Assembly (NCBI GenBank): GCA_965223545.1
Contig: OZ245006.1
Span: 5,760,001-5,824,000, forward strand
Reading direction: 5' to 3'
Length of the DNA: 64,000 nt
DNA from: Planctomycetota bacterium
GTDB taxonomy: Bacteria; Planctomycetota; UBA1135; UBA2386
The notes below the pieces were generated by a model. That model saw only the letters and a program-made list of their open reading frames with translations, searched no databases and was not told the origin of the DNA. Each line of letters opens with the position of its first letter. The stretch's first letter is position 1. A program made the translations under genes and the position numbers. This document shows, one piece after another, positions 35,961 through 45,685 of the stretch.

Positions 35961-37289
35961 ATGATGATGGTTTCTTCAAACGCTCCCGCGCCGCGCGCGC
36001 TGTCGTTCGCTGCCGTTGCCGTGGTCTGTTCGCTCACCGGCTGCGCGGTCGTGCAGGAGACCCCCGTGGACCGCAGCCTCGCCCACCTCAAGGCGGCCAA
36101 CTACGAGCTGGCCTTCCAGGAGCTGCAGGGCGCGCGGGTGGACCCCTCGGATACGGTATACCGTACCGTGCAGCTGGCGTATTTGCTGGGCACCGGCCAG
36201 CGGTTGGTGTTCGAGGGCCGCGAGGGCGAGGCGATGGCGATCTACGAGGCCGTCCTCGACCGCTACCCCGGCAACCAGGTGGCCGCGCAATGGCGGCGCA
36301 AGTGCATGGTCAAGCTGGCGTCCTCGGCGGCGCGCCGCGGGGACCACGCGCGCAACGGCGGTGATCTCGAGGAGGCGCTGCTCGAGTACGCGGCGGCGCT
36401 CGAGTTCGTCGCCGACCACGACGGCGCCCTGCACGGCCGCGAGCTGGTCGCCAAGGAGCTCAATCGGCGCCGGCAACGGGCGGAGACGCACTACACGCAG
36501 GGCGTGCGCGCGCTCGGCGAGAAGCTGTGGGGACAGACCTGGTACCACATGGTCAACGCCGTCGAGATCGACCCCGAGCACGAGAAGGCGCGCGTGCGGC
36601 GCGATTCGGTCGCGCTGCGGCTGGAGGCGGCGCGGCTGGAGGCGGCGCGCGCGTTGGAGCGTTCTGGGCACTACGCCGCCGCGCTCAAGGCGTATCGCGA
36701 CTTGGCCAAGGACGACGAGTCCTCGGCCGAGCTCGCCGCCGCGATCGCGCGCATGGAGCGCGAGGTCGAGGTCGGAGAGGCTCTGCAGCGGGCGGAGATG
36801 GCGGCGATGCGCGGCGAGTACGACGCGGCGCGCACGCTGCTCGAGGACGTCCTGGACAAGACCGAGGCCGAGCAGGCGCGGGCCGCCGAGATGATGATCC
36901 TGGTGCGCGAGCGCGTGCTGGAGCGCCGGCTGGAGCAAGCGAGCATCATGGAGCTCGAGAACCAGATCGAGGAGGCGCTCGAGGAGTACCGCGCGATCGC
37001 CGCCGAGTGGGAGGGATTCCGCGACGTCGATGCGCTCGTGCAAGACCTCGAGGCGACCGTCTCAGCGGCGGCAGCGGCGCATCAGCGCGGCGTCGAGGCG
37101 CGCGACGCCGGCGATCTGCCGGCCGCCGTCGAGGCCTTCGAGGAGGCCCTGCTGGTCTACCCCGGCTACAAGGGGCTGGAGCGAGAGGTGGCGGAGCTGC
37201 AGGCGCGGATCGACGCGGGCGCCGAGCAGCCTCCGACCCCGTCCGCGGCCACGCCGACCGATCCCGCCGGCAACGGTGGCGGCGAGTAG
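35961..37289 (+). CDS. TPR-repeat lipoprotein
   Basis: LTGC lipobox; multiple TPR-like helical repeats. Confidence 0.8.
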   Translation: MMMVSSNAPAPRALSFAAVAVVCSLTGCAVVQETPVDRSLAHLKAANYELAFQELQGARVDPSDTVYRTVQLAYLLGTGQRLVFEGREGEAMAIYEAVLDRYPGNQVAAQWRRKCMVKLASSAARRGDHARNGGDLEEALLEYAAALEFVADHDGALHGRELVAKELNRRRQRAETHYTQGVRALGEKLWGQTWYHMVNAVEIDPEHEKARVRRDSVALRLEAARLEAARALERSGHYAAALKAYRDLAKDDESSAELAAAIARMEREVEVGEALQRAEMAAMRGEYDAARTLLEDVLDKTEAEQARAAEMMILVRERVLERRLEQASIMELENQIEEALEEYRAIAAEWEGFRDVDALVQDLEATVSAAAAAHQRGVEARDAGDLPAAVEAFEEALLVYPGYKGLEREVAELQARIDAGAEQPPTPSAATPTDPAGNGGGE

Positions 37290-37316
37290 GCCGCGCGCGG
37301 CGTAGGATGCGGTTTC

Positions 37317-39212
37317 GTGCGCATCCACTCGCTCACCACTCGCTTTCTGATCACGCTGCTGCTGTCCACCGCGCTGCCGTTCCTGGCGTTCGGCTGGTAT
37401 GCCCGCGTGGCCATGGAACAGCGGCTGGAAGAGCAAGTCGTGCAGGTGTTTCTGCCGGACCAGGCGCGGGTGGCCGCGGACGAGATCCGCGCCAAGCTGG
37501 AGCGCATCCAGCAGGCGTTGGGCATGCTGCAAGTAGCGACCGGCAAGCCGCTGCGCGCCGGCCGGCGCGCGGAGGAGATGGACGACTTGTTCGTGCAGGA
37601 CGTCGACAGCATGCCGCACTTCCACCCCGACCTCGTGCTGTTGGTCGACGAGACCGGCGTGGTGCGGGGGTCGCGGCTGCATCCGCGGTTGGATCCCAAG
37701 ACCATGGCCACCCGCCGCGCGCTGCTGCCCGCCCAGGTGGCCGACACCGATTGGTTCGCCGAGCTGTCGGAGCGGCGTGGCGGCGCGGTGTGGGAGTCGC
37801 GGCACCTGTCGCCGTACCTGCACAAGACTCCGCAGAAGGAGTCGCTCGATCCCAAGGACTACAGCTTCGCGTTGGCCTACACGGTGCCGACGGCGACGCC
37901 GGCGCGGTGGGGCGTCTACGCCTTGTTCTCGTGGAACGAGGTGCAGCAGGTGCTCGACGAGACCGCGCGGTTCCTGCGCGACGAGGCCGGCTTCCGGTCG
38001 GCGGAGGTGTTCTTGTGCGACGCGCGCGGCCACTTCCTGGCGCACACCGACCGCGCCCTCTACGCCGGCGCGCGCTTGCCGCTGGAGATGGCAGTGCAGC
38101 TCCCCGGGCCGGGCGGCGCGGTGGAGATGCCGATGGTCGGGGCGCAGCACGAGGAGCGCCGCGCCGGGTTTGCCGCGGTGGAGACGTCGTCGTCGCGGCT
38201 GGAGTGGTGGGTCGGCCTGCACGCGCGCGATGACGAGCTGCTGTCGACGAGCCGTGATCTCAGCAACGTCCTGCTGTTGGTGACCGCGGTCACCGCGCTG
38301 ATCCTGGTGGCGTGGTCGATGGTCGCCTCGCGCGCCATCCTGCGCCCGGTGCGGCGGCTCGCCGAGGCGACCGAACGGGTCGCGCGCGGCGACCTGACCG
38401 CGCGTGTGCCCGCCGGCGGGCGGCACGAGCTCGCCGATCTCGGCCGCGCCTTCAACCGCATGGCCGAAGACCTGGTCGAGCAGAGCGACAAGCTGCGCCA
38501 GGTCGAGCGACAGGCGGCGTGGGCGGAGATGGCGCGCCAGGTCGCGCACGAGATCAAGAACCCGCTGACGCCGATGCGCATGAGTGCGCAGCTGCTGCTG
38601 CGTGCCAAGGCGGAAGGCGACGCGCGGCAGGGCGAGCTGACCGATCGGCTAGCGCGCACCGTCCTCGAGCAGACGGACGCGCTGGCGCGCATCGCCTCCG
38701 ACTTCCGTTCGTTTGCCGGGCCACCGCAGCGCGCTTTCGAGACGGTGCCGGTCGACGACGTGCTGCGGGATGCCGAGCGCCACTTCGTGTCGATGAGCGA
38801 GAGTGGCGGCGTTCGCGTCGAGTTCGAGCTCGACACCGAGGGCGCAGTGGTCGCGGTCGACCGCGAGGAGATGCGCCGCGTGCTGCTCAACCTGCTGCAC
38901 AACGCGCACCAAGCGTGCGGTGCGCGCGGGCTGATCCGGGTCCGCAGCTTGCTGCGCGACGACCGTGTGCTGGTGCGGGTCATCGACGATGGGCCGGGCA
39001 TCGACCCCGAGGTCGAGCCCAAGCTGTTCGATCCGTACTTCACCACCAAGTCGTCGGGCACCGGTCTGGGGCTGGCGATCAGCCGGCGCATCCTCGAGGC
39101 GCACGGCGGCAGCATCGCGCTCGAGTCGACGCGCGTCGGCCAGACCGTGTTTCGCATCGAGCTGCCGCTGGCCGGCGCCGCGGCCGAGGCCGGGCAGGGA
39201 GTGACACGATGA
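37317..39212 (+). CDS. Membrane sensor histidine kinase with HAMP domain (NtrY-like H-box)
   Basis: AWAEMARQVAHEIKNPLTP, NLLHNA, DDGPGI, FDPYFTTK, GTGLGL. Confidence 0.95.
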   Translation: MRIHSLTTRFLITLLLSTALPFLAFGWYARVAMEQRLEEQVVQVFLPDQARVAADEIRAKLERIQQALGMLQVATGKPLRAGRRAEEMDDLFVQDVDSMPHFHPDLVLLVDETGVVRGSRLHPRLDPKTMATRRALLPAQVADTDWFAELSERRGGAVWESRHLSPYLHKTPQKESLDPKDYSFALAYTVPTATPARWGVYALFSWNEVQQVLDETARFLRDEAGFRSAEVFLCDARGHFLAHTDRALYAGARLPLEMAVQLPGPGGAVEMPMVGAQHEERRAGFAAVETSSSRLEWWVGLHARDDELLSTSRDLSNVLLLVTAVTALILVAWSMVASRAILRPVRRLAEATERVARGDLTARVPAGGRHELADLGRAFNRMAEDLVEQSDKLRQVERQAAWAEMARQVAHEIKNPLTPMRMSAQLLLRAKAEGDARQGELTDRLARTVLEQTDALARIASDFRSFAGPPQRAFETVPVDDVLRDAERHFVSMSESGGVRVEFELDTEGAVVAVDREEMRRVLLNLLHNAHQACGARGLIRVRSLLRDDRVLVRVIDDGPGIDPEVEPKLFDPYFTTKSSGTGLGLAISRRILEAHGGSIALESTRVGQTVFRIELPLAGAAAEAGQGVTR

Positions 39213-42200
39213 CGGAGCCCAGGAGCAAAGCGACACAGGAGCGCACCCGCACGCTGGTCACCGCCGGGATCGCCGCGCTGCTGCTCGCCTCCCTGGTGTG
39301 GTGGGCCGTCCCGCTGTTCTCGACCGCTGCGCCCGCGCCGGCTCCGGGCAGTGAGGGTAGCACGCTGCAGGGCGATCTCGCCGCGCAGCCGGACGACATC
39401 GACGGGCGGCTGCGCGCGCGGATCGTCGCCGAGGCTTCGGCCTCGTCGCCGGCGACCGGAGTCCGCGGCCGGGTGGTCGCCGCCGCCGACGGCCGTCCGC
39501 TGGCCGATGTCGAGGTCGTCGCCCTGCGTCGCCCGCCGAGTCTCGAGCGGCTGTGGAGCCGCGTGGTCGGCCTGCTCCGCCACGGCATGTGGACCGACGC
39601 CGGGCAGCTGCCGGAGGTGCTCGGTCGGACCACCACCGACACGAGCGGCCGCTTCGAGCTCTTGCGGCTGGCGCCGGGTCGCGTGTATCTCGATGCGCGT
39701 TCGTCGAAGGTCTTCGTGCGGACCCCGCGCGCCGTGCGCGTGGCGCGCGGCGAGGTGCGGGACGGCATCGAGCTGCTCGGCGTGCCGGCGGGTGCGCTGC
39801 GCGGTCAAGTGTTCACCCCTGTCGGCAGTGCCGCCGCCGGCGCCCGGCTCACCGCGGTACCGGGAATCAACAAGTTCTTCGTCCACTTGACCCAGCGCAC
39901 GCTGCGATGGTTCGACGTCGAGGCGGACGCCGAGGGCCGCTTCTCGATCCTCGGGGTGCCGGCCGGCGACTACGTCGTGGTGGCCAACCATCCGAGCATG
40001 GCGCTGCTGGAGGAAGTGGGCGTCGAAGTGCGGGCCGGCGAGACGACGACCCTCGAGCTGCACGGCCGCGCCGGCGCCGAGATCAGCGGAGTGGTGCTCG
40101 ATCCCGAGGGCGCGCCGGCGACCGCGGCGACGGTGTCGCTGATCTTCGCCGACGAGCAGCGGGCGTTGTTCAGCAGCCAGGGGCGCAGCGCGCCGTGGCC
40201 GGTCGACCGCGCAGGTCGGTTCCGGATTCCGCGGGTCGCATCCGGTCGGGTGGCGATCGCGGCGCACGCCGAGGGGCTGGCGCCGTCGCCGGTGCAGGTG
40301 CTCTACGTCGTCGATGACGCGCCGCACACCGACCTCGTGCTGGAGCTGCAGCCCGGCGACGCCCTCCGCGGCCGCGTCGTCGACGGCCAGGACGAGCCGC
40401 TGGCCGATGCGGTCGTGTCGGCCTGGCCCGTGCACCTGCCGACCGATGCCGACGTCACGCTGGGCATGCTCAAGATCCGCAAGGTGACGGCGCGCAGCGA
40501 TGCGGACGGCGCCTTCGCCATCCCGGGGCTGGACGCCGAACGCCTGGTGGTGCGCGCCGACAAGCCCGGCTACGCCACGGCCTTCCACTTCGGCGCGCGA
40601 CTCGACGACGAGCCGCTGGTCGTCCGCTTGATGCGCGGCGCGACGGTCCGCGGCCGCGTGGTGGATGAGAACGGAGAGCCCAAGGCCCGGTATGCGGTGC
40701 AGGCGCTCGCCCGGCCCCGCGGCGGTGACGAGGACACGCGGCGCCGCGGTCCGCTGTGGGCGGCGGCGTTCGGCAGCGAGCCGCAGCAGATGCAGTTCCG
40801 CGAAGGCAAGGACCTCGCCGACTTCGGCATCGAGGGGGACTGGGTCGACGTCGTCGCCGAGGACGGCCGCTTCTCGCTCGACGGCGTGCCGCCGGGACGC
40901 GTGCGGGTGCGGGTGCGGGTCGAGGGTAGCGCGTCGCCCGACGAGCAGTACGTCGATCTGCTGCCGGGGGCGGTGTCGCCGGAGCTCGAGTTCGTCGCCG
41001 GCGCCGGGATCACCGTTTCCGGCCGGGTGGTCGATGCGGAGAGCGGCGCCGGGGTGCCGGGTGCGCAGGTCACCGGCCACCGCGCCGGCGTGCAGCGGCG
41101 CGGGCTGATCGCCAACCTCGAGCTCGAGGACTTCGACTTCCTCGGGCTGTCGGCCAACAGTGGCCGGCGCTCGGCTTTGACTGGCCGGCAGGGAGAGTTC
41201 GCGATCACCGGCATCGAGCCCGGCCGCTACCGCTTCGTCGCGCGGCACCCCGACCGGGCCAAGAGCGCCGGCGTGCAGCTCGAGCTGGTGGCGGACGAGA
41301 CCCCGGAGCCGCTGCGGCTCGAGCTGGGGAGTGGTGGCGCGATCGCCGGGCGGGTCACCGGTGCCGGCCGGCAGCCCGTCGAGGACGCGTTGGTGGTGGC
41401 CTTGAGCCTGTCGGCGGGGGCGATGAAGGGCGGCGCCACCGACGCGCGCGGCCGCTACCGGATCGAGGGACTGACTCCCGGCCAGTACGTCGTCTTCAAG
41501 TCGCGCATCGCCGACTACACCCGCAACGTCGCCTACGACCTGCTCGGCAACATGCGCCTGAAGACCGCAGCGGTGCGCGCCGGTCGCACCGCGCAGGTCG
41601 ACATCCACGACGCCGAGGAGGGCACTGTGCGGGTCTACGGCGTGGTCCGCGACGGCGGCCAGCCGGTGGCCAACGTCATGGTCAGCGCGCTTTCGCACGA
41701 CGCCGAGGGCATCCTCGGCATGGGCGTGCGCGCGCAGCCGACCGACGACGCCGGCGCCTACGAGCTGGTGGGCATGAAGCCGGGCCGCTACTACCTACAG
41801 GTCACCCGCTTCATGGGCCGCCGCCAGCAGGCGGACACCGCGTTCGACATCCCCGAAGGCGTCGCCCAGGTGCGCGTCGACCTCGATCTGCCGCAGAGCG
41901 TGGTGCGCGGACACGTGCTGGATGCCGACGGGCAGCCGGTGGGCGACGTCATCGTGCAGGTCGGGGTCGAGCGCGGCGCGGCGGGGCTCGACGCCGGCGA
42001 TGCCCCGTCGGGCCTGCTCGGTGTGCTGCTGCAGAACAACGTGCTGCAGGTGCGGTCGGCCAGCGACGGCAGCTTTGCCTTGCGCGGCCTGGGGCCGGCG
42101 GTCTATCGCGTCGTCGCCGCCGGCCGCCGGCTGACCGGTGCGCGCCGCGACCTCTACGGCGACGCCATCGCCGGCGGCATCGCGGTCGATGGGGTCCACG

Positions 42201-42832
42201 ACGTCGATGGACTGCAGCTGGTGTTGCCGCAGGCCGGCGAGGTGCGCGGCACCGTGATCGACGGCAGCGGGCTGCCGGTCGCCGGCGCCGAGGTGCACTA
42301 CGAGCGCGAAGACGAGCCGCCGGCCGGTCTCGATCTGTTCGGCATCGCGCTGCGGCCGGCGCGCACCGACGCCGAGGGCGCGTTCGTCATGCGCGGTGTG
42401 ACGCCGGGCCGCTACCGGCTGCGCGCCGATCTGGAGGGCAGCGCACCCGGGCTCGCCGAGGGCGTCGTCGTGCGCGAGGGCGCGGCGAGCGAGGTCGTGC
42501 TGCAGCTGGTGCGCGGCGCGACGCTGCGCATCCGGGTCACCAACATGGACGGCTCTCGCGTGCCCGACGCGCGGGTCACCGTGCTCGATGGCTCGGGCCG
42601 CCCGCTGGCGCGCAAGGTCTCGGTCGCTTCGGTGTTCCGCCGCCTGGTCGGCAACAGCGGCCAGCGCGACAGCGGCTGGTACGAGATCGGCGATGTGCCA
42701 CCCGACACCTACACCATCGTGGTCACGGAAGAGGGCCACCCGGAGCTACGCGTAACGCGGGACGTGCGCGATGGCGAGGTCGTCGAGTGGGTGGTGGACA
42801 TGGTCGCCGAACTCGAGCGCGCGGGGCGCTAG
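39209..42832 (+). CDS. Large carboxypeptidase-regulatory-like repeat protein
   Basis: About 10 GRVVDxxGxP...DxxGxF repeats; N-terminal TM; ATGA overlap with the kinase. Confidence 0.88.
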   Translation: MTEPRSKATQERTRTLVTAGIAALLLASLVWWAVPLFSTAAPAPAPGSEGSTLQGDLAAQPDDIDGRLRARIVAEASASSPATGVRGRVVAAADGRPLADVEVVALRRPPSLERLWSRVVGLLRHGMWTDAGQLPEVLGRTTTDTSGRFELLRLAPGRVYLDARSSKVFVRTPRAVRVARGEVRDGIELLGVPAGALRGQVFTPVGSAAAGARLTAVPGINKFFVHLTQRTLRWFDVEADAEGRFSILGVPAGDYVVVANHPSMALLEEVGVEVRAGETTTLELHGRAGAEISGVVLDPEGAPATAATVSLIFADEQRALFSSQGRSAPWPVDRAGRFRIPRVASGRVAIAAHAEGLAPSPVQVLYVVDDAPHTDLVLELQPGDALRGRVVDGQDEPLADAVVSAWPVHLPTDADVTLGMLKIRKVTARSDADGAFAIPGLDAERLVVRADKPGYATAFHFGARLDDEPLVVRLMRGATVRGRVVDENGEPKARYAVQALARPRGGDEDTRRRGPLWAAAFGSEPQQMQFREGKDLADFGIEGDWVDVVAEDGRFSLDGVPPGRVRVRVRVEGSASPDEQYVDLLPGAVSPELEFVAGAGITVSGRVVDAESGAGVPGAQVTGHRAGVQRRGLIANLELEDFDFLGLSANSGRRSALTGRQGEFAITGIEPGRYRFVARHPDRAKSAGVQLELVADETPEPLRLELGSGGAIAGRVTGAGRQPVEDALVVALSLSAGAMKGGATDARGRYRIEGLTPGQYVVFKSRIADYTRNVAYDLLGNMRLKTAAVRAGRTAQVDIHDAEEGTVRVYGVVRDGGQPVANVMVSALSHDAEGILGMGVRAQPTDDAGAYELVGMKPGRYYLQVTRFMGRRQQADTAFDIPEGVAQVRVDLDLPQSVVRGHVLDADGQPVGDVIVQVGVERGAAGLDAGDAPSGLLGVLLQNNVLQVRSASDGSFALRGLGPAVYRVVAAGRRLTGARRDLYGDAIAGGIAVDGVHDVDGLQLVLPQAGEVRGTVIDGSGLPVAGAEVHYEREDEPPAGLDLFGIALRPARTDAEGAFVMRGVTPGRYRLRADLEGSAPGLAEGVVVREGAASEVVLQLVRGATLRIRVTNMDGSRVPDARVTVLDGSGRPLARKVSVASVFRRLVGNSGQRDSGWYEIGDVPPDTYTIVVTEEGHPELRVTRDVRDGEVVEWVVDMVAELERAGR

Positions 42833-42837
42833 CGCGA

Positions 42838-43554
42838 GTGGCGGAGCGCCCCGGCGAGAGCGGCCGCGTCGCCGTCGTCATCCCGGTGTTCAACGAGGAG
42901 CGCAGTCTGCCGCTGGTGCTGGCCGAGCTGCCCGGTGAACTCGTCGACACGGTGTTCGTCGTCGACAATGGCAGCACGGACCGCAGCGCAGAGGTCGCCG
43001 CCCGCGCCGGCGCCCGCGTCGTGCCGCAGCCCGAGCGCGGCTATGGCGCGGCGTGCCTGGCGGGCATCGGGGCCACCGAGGGCCACGCCATCGTCGTCTT
43101 CCTCGACGGCGACTACTCGGACTACCCCGACGACCTGCGCGCGCTGCTGCCGCCGGTGCGCGACGGCGAGGCCGACCTGGTCATCGGCAGTCGCGCGCTG
43201 CTGCCGGAGTCCCGCGCCGCCCTCCTGCCGCAGGCGCGGTTCGGCAACTGGCTGGCGACGCGGCTGATGCGCTGGCTGTTCGGCATCCGCGCCACCGATC
43301 TGGGCCCGTTCCGCGTCATCCGCCGCGACGCGCTGATGCGACTGGGAATGCGGGATCGCAACTTCGGCTGGACCGTCGAGATGCAGCTGCGGGCGGCGCG
43401 CGCCGGTCTGCGGGTCCGCGAGCTGCCGGTGCGCTACCGCAAGCGCATCGGCCAGAGCAAGATCACCGGCACGCTCAGGGGCACGGTGATGGCCGGCTGG
43501 GTCATCCTCAGCACCATCGCGCGCTTTCGCTGGTCGCCGCCGGATCGGGGGTGA
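42838..43554 (+). CDS. Glycosyltransferase family 2 (DPM1-like)
   Basis: VIPVFNEE, VDNGSTD, RGYGAACLAG, FLDGD, TDLGPFR, GWTVEMQ. Confidence 0.95.
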   Translation: MAERPGESGRVAVVIPVFNEERSLPLVLAELPGELVDTVFVVDNGSTDRSAEVAARAGARVVPQPERGYGAACLAGIGATEGHAIVVFLDGDYSDYPDDLRALLPPVRDGEADLVIGSRALLPESRAALLPQARFGNWLATRLMRWLFGIRATDLGPFRVIRRDALMRLGMRDRNFGWTVEMQLRAARAGLRVRELPVRYRKRIGQSKITGTLRGTVMAGWVILSTIARFRWSPPDRG

Positions 43555-43856
43555 GCGCGGATCTGACACACTCGCCCGAATCGACAAGCATGCGATCGAC
43601 ATCGGTTGACAAACAGGATGGCCGCTCTTGCCCGATGCCAGAAGGAGTCGATGGCGTGCTCGGCCGAGATTCCTCCGGCGACCTGACTTGGTTGCACCAC
43701 TCACTACTTGACGAGCACCAAGGAACAATGCTGGCTGTCGTTCCGTCGAGCTCTTTCACCCACGCGCCGCGTGGATGCGATGCCACTCCGCGACGCTCAA
43801 CGATGCGGCGTCCGCAGCACAGGCTTCGCGTCGTGACACGCAGAGTGTTCGTGAGT

Positions 43857-44678
43857 CTAAGTCGAAGACTTGTCAAGCTCCGCAGCCGTATCCGCAAAGA
43901 CACCAGCGAAATCCGTTGCCTCACGTTCGGTCTGGCCGCCGCTCTTGAGAAACGCCGCGATGATAGCCTGGGTCTTCTCTTCGGCGGCACGCTCAAGGAA
44001 GTAGCGCAACTCAATCGCAGCGCCTGCGGCTTCGTCACGAATTGAAGCATTCACAATGTCCTTGTACATCGCCACGTCACGCAAATCCCTGGACCTTAGC
44101 GTAGCCAGAATACCTTCGAGGTAGTCATCAAGCTCCGCCTTGGGCACATACTTCGTGATGATGTTCAACGCCTCTGCGTCCTGCGCAGAAATGTCCTCTC
44201 CGGTCAAGAGGAACTGCATCGCCTTCTTCCGGCCCATGCGACGGGCGAACTGAACGCCCCCTTGTCCGCCGGTCGGAATGTTGACCCCAATCTCGGGTTG
44301 CGCGAATGCGGCGTTCTCAGTGCCATAAGTGATATCGCAAGCCATCGTGAACTCATTTCCGCCGCCGCGCGCGAAGCCGTCGACAACAGCGATGGACAGT
44401 TGTGGCAAAGATTTGACGTTATTGATCATCTCCGCGAAGGCGTAGATCCCTGCTTGGCCTTCGGAGGTTCCGTTGATCGTCTTCAGATCAAGATGGGCTA
44501 CGAAGAACTGCGGGTTGGCTGACTTAAAGACAATGGCCCTAGTCTCCTGGTCACCCTTCAGGGAATAGAAGAACTCATTCATCTCACTGATGACATCCAC
44601 TGTCCAGATGTTGGCCGGTGGATTATCGATGACAACGGTCTTGATGCCGTCGTCGGTCGTGATGCGTAGCTTGCTCAT
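43857..44678 (-). CDS. Enoyl-CoA hydratase/isomerase family protein
   Basis: IDNPPAN, FFVAHLD, GFARGGGNE, FAQPEIG; codon usage visibly less GC-rich than the flanks. Confidence 0.92.
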   Translation of the reverse strand: MSKLRITTDDGIKTVVIDNPPANIWTVDVISEMNEFFYSLKGDQETRAIVFKSANPQFFVAHLDLKTINGTSEGQAGIYAFAEMINNVKSLPQLSIAVVDGFARGGGNEFTMACDITYGTENAAFAQPEIGVNIPTGGQGGVQFARRMGRKKAMQFLLTGEDISAQDAEALNIITKYVPKAELDDYLEGILATLRSRDLRDVAMYKDIVNASIRDEAAGAAIELRYFLERAAEEKTQAIIAAFLKSGGQTEREATDFAGVFADTAAELDKSST

Positions 44679-44820
44679 CGTAGATCGCGCGTTTGCCTGG
44701 TTCGGGATGACTACACGCGCCACAAGAGGGTGCCCGCGCGTCGTTCTCAGCTCTTGATGCACCATGCCGTGCCAAGTATCTTGTTGCAACCAGGTACATT
44801 TTGGTGACTTAGTATACAGC

Positions 44821-45201
44821 GTGGCAAAAAAGCATGTCCGGCGTGATGGCCTGTGCCCGATCGAGCGCGTCATCGATGTCTTCGGTGGCAGGTGGAAACC
44901 AGCGATAGTTCACGCTTTGGAACTAGAGGGTACCCTTCGATTCAACGAGATCCGGAGACTGGTCTCAGGTGTCACCCAGCGCATGCTGACCCAACAACTG
45001 CGAGGCCTGGAGCGAGACGGAATCGTCTCGCGGCGGCACTTTCCCGAGATCCCACCTCGCGTCGAGTACACACTTACGAAGCTCGGCCGGAGCTTGGGGC
45101 CAGTCGGCCGAGCTATTGAGGCCTGGGGCAGTAGCCACATGGCGGACGTGGAGAAATCTCGCAAGAGCTACGATCAAGTGAACGGAAATGCCCCCTCTTG
45201 A
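44821..45201 (+). CDS. HxlR-family winged-helix transcriptional regulator
   Basis: CPIERVIDVFGGRWK, LRFNEI, TQRMLTQQLRGLERDG, PPRVEYTLT. Confidence 0.95.
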   Translation: MAKKHVRRDGLCPIERVIDVFGGRWKPAIVHALELEGTLRFNEIRRLVSGVTQRMLTQQLRGLERDGIVSRRHFPEIPPRVEYTLTKLGRSLGPVGRAIEAWGSSHMADVEKSRKSYDQVNGNAPS

Positions 45202-45685
45202 GTGTTCGAAACAACGGGTGTGAGTTCGTGCAGCAGTTGACCGGAACAGCGCGATCGGGGGCTTACAAGCTCGTTGTGTCGGGTCACCTCGCCGGCTGCT
45301 GGGGGGGAACCGTTCTCCCACGACGCCCCCGGGGTATCGTCAACCGCTCCCTCTATCGCTATTCCGGCACCTTGAACGGCCATCGCCGGAGGTGTTCCGA
45401 TTCTTCTCGACCGAGCCCTCGAAAACCAACCGCGACTCCGATCGCCGATGGCTCGCCGGCCTCTCGCAGCCGGTGGAGCCGGGTCCCTGCATGACCACAT
45501 GATCACGTCGCGTCCCACAGGGTGACACGCCGACACGCCCGAGAACCTCACGACCTCATCGAGAGTTCGCCGTTGCCGAAGCGCCGGAGCAGGGGGCAGG
45601 CCACGAGCTTGCACTCGAGCCGGCCCAGGGCGCCGGATCGGCCCCAGCGTGTGCATGCGGAGGACGGCCGGGTATCGTCCCGGCG

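Noticed and set aside
38060..41698. 1212-aa minus-strand ORF (and similar long Arg/Ala-rich ORFs throughout the track)
   Set aside because: Antisense or off-frame shadows of motif-bearing genes in high-GC DNA
43571..43856. Possible gene remnant (SFWHRARAAIL, methyltransferase-like)
   Set aside because: Match is too short and flanked by stops; cannot be supported
44770..44820. HxlR operator between the divergent genes
   Set aside because: AT-rich and plausible, but no clear palindrome could be defined
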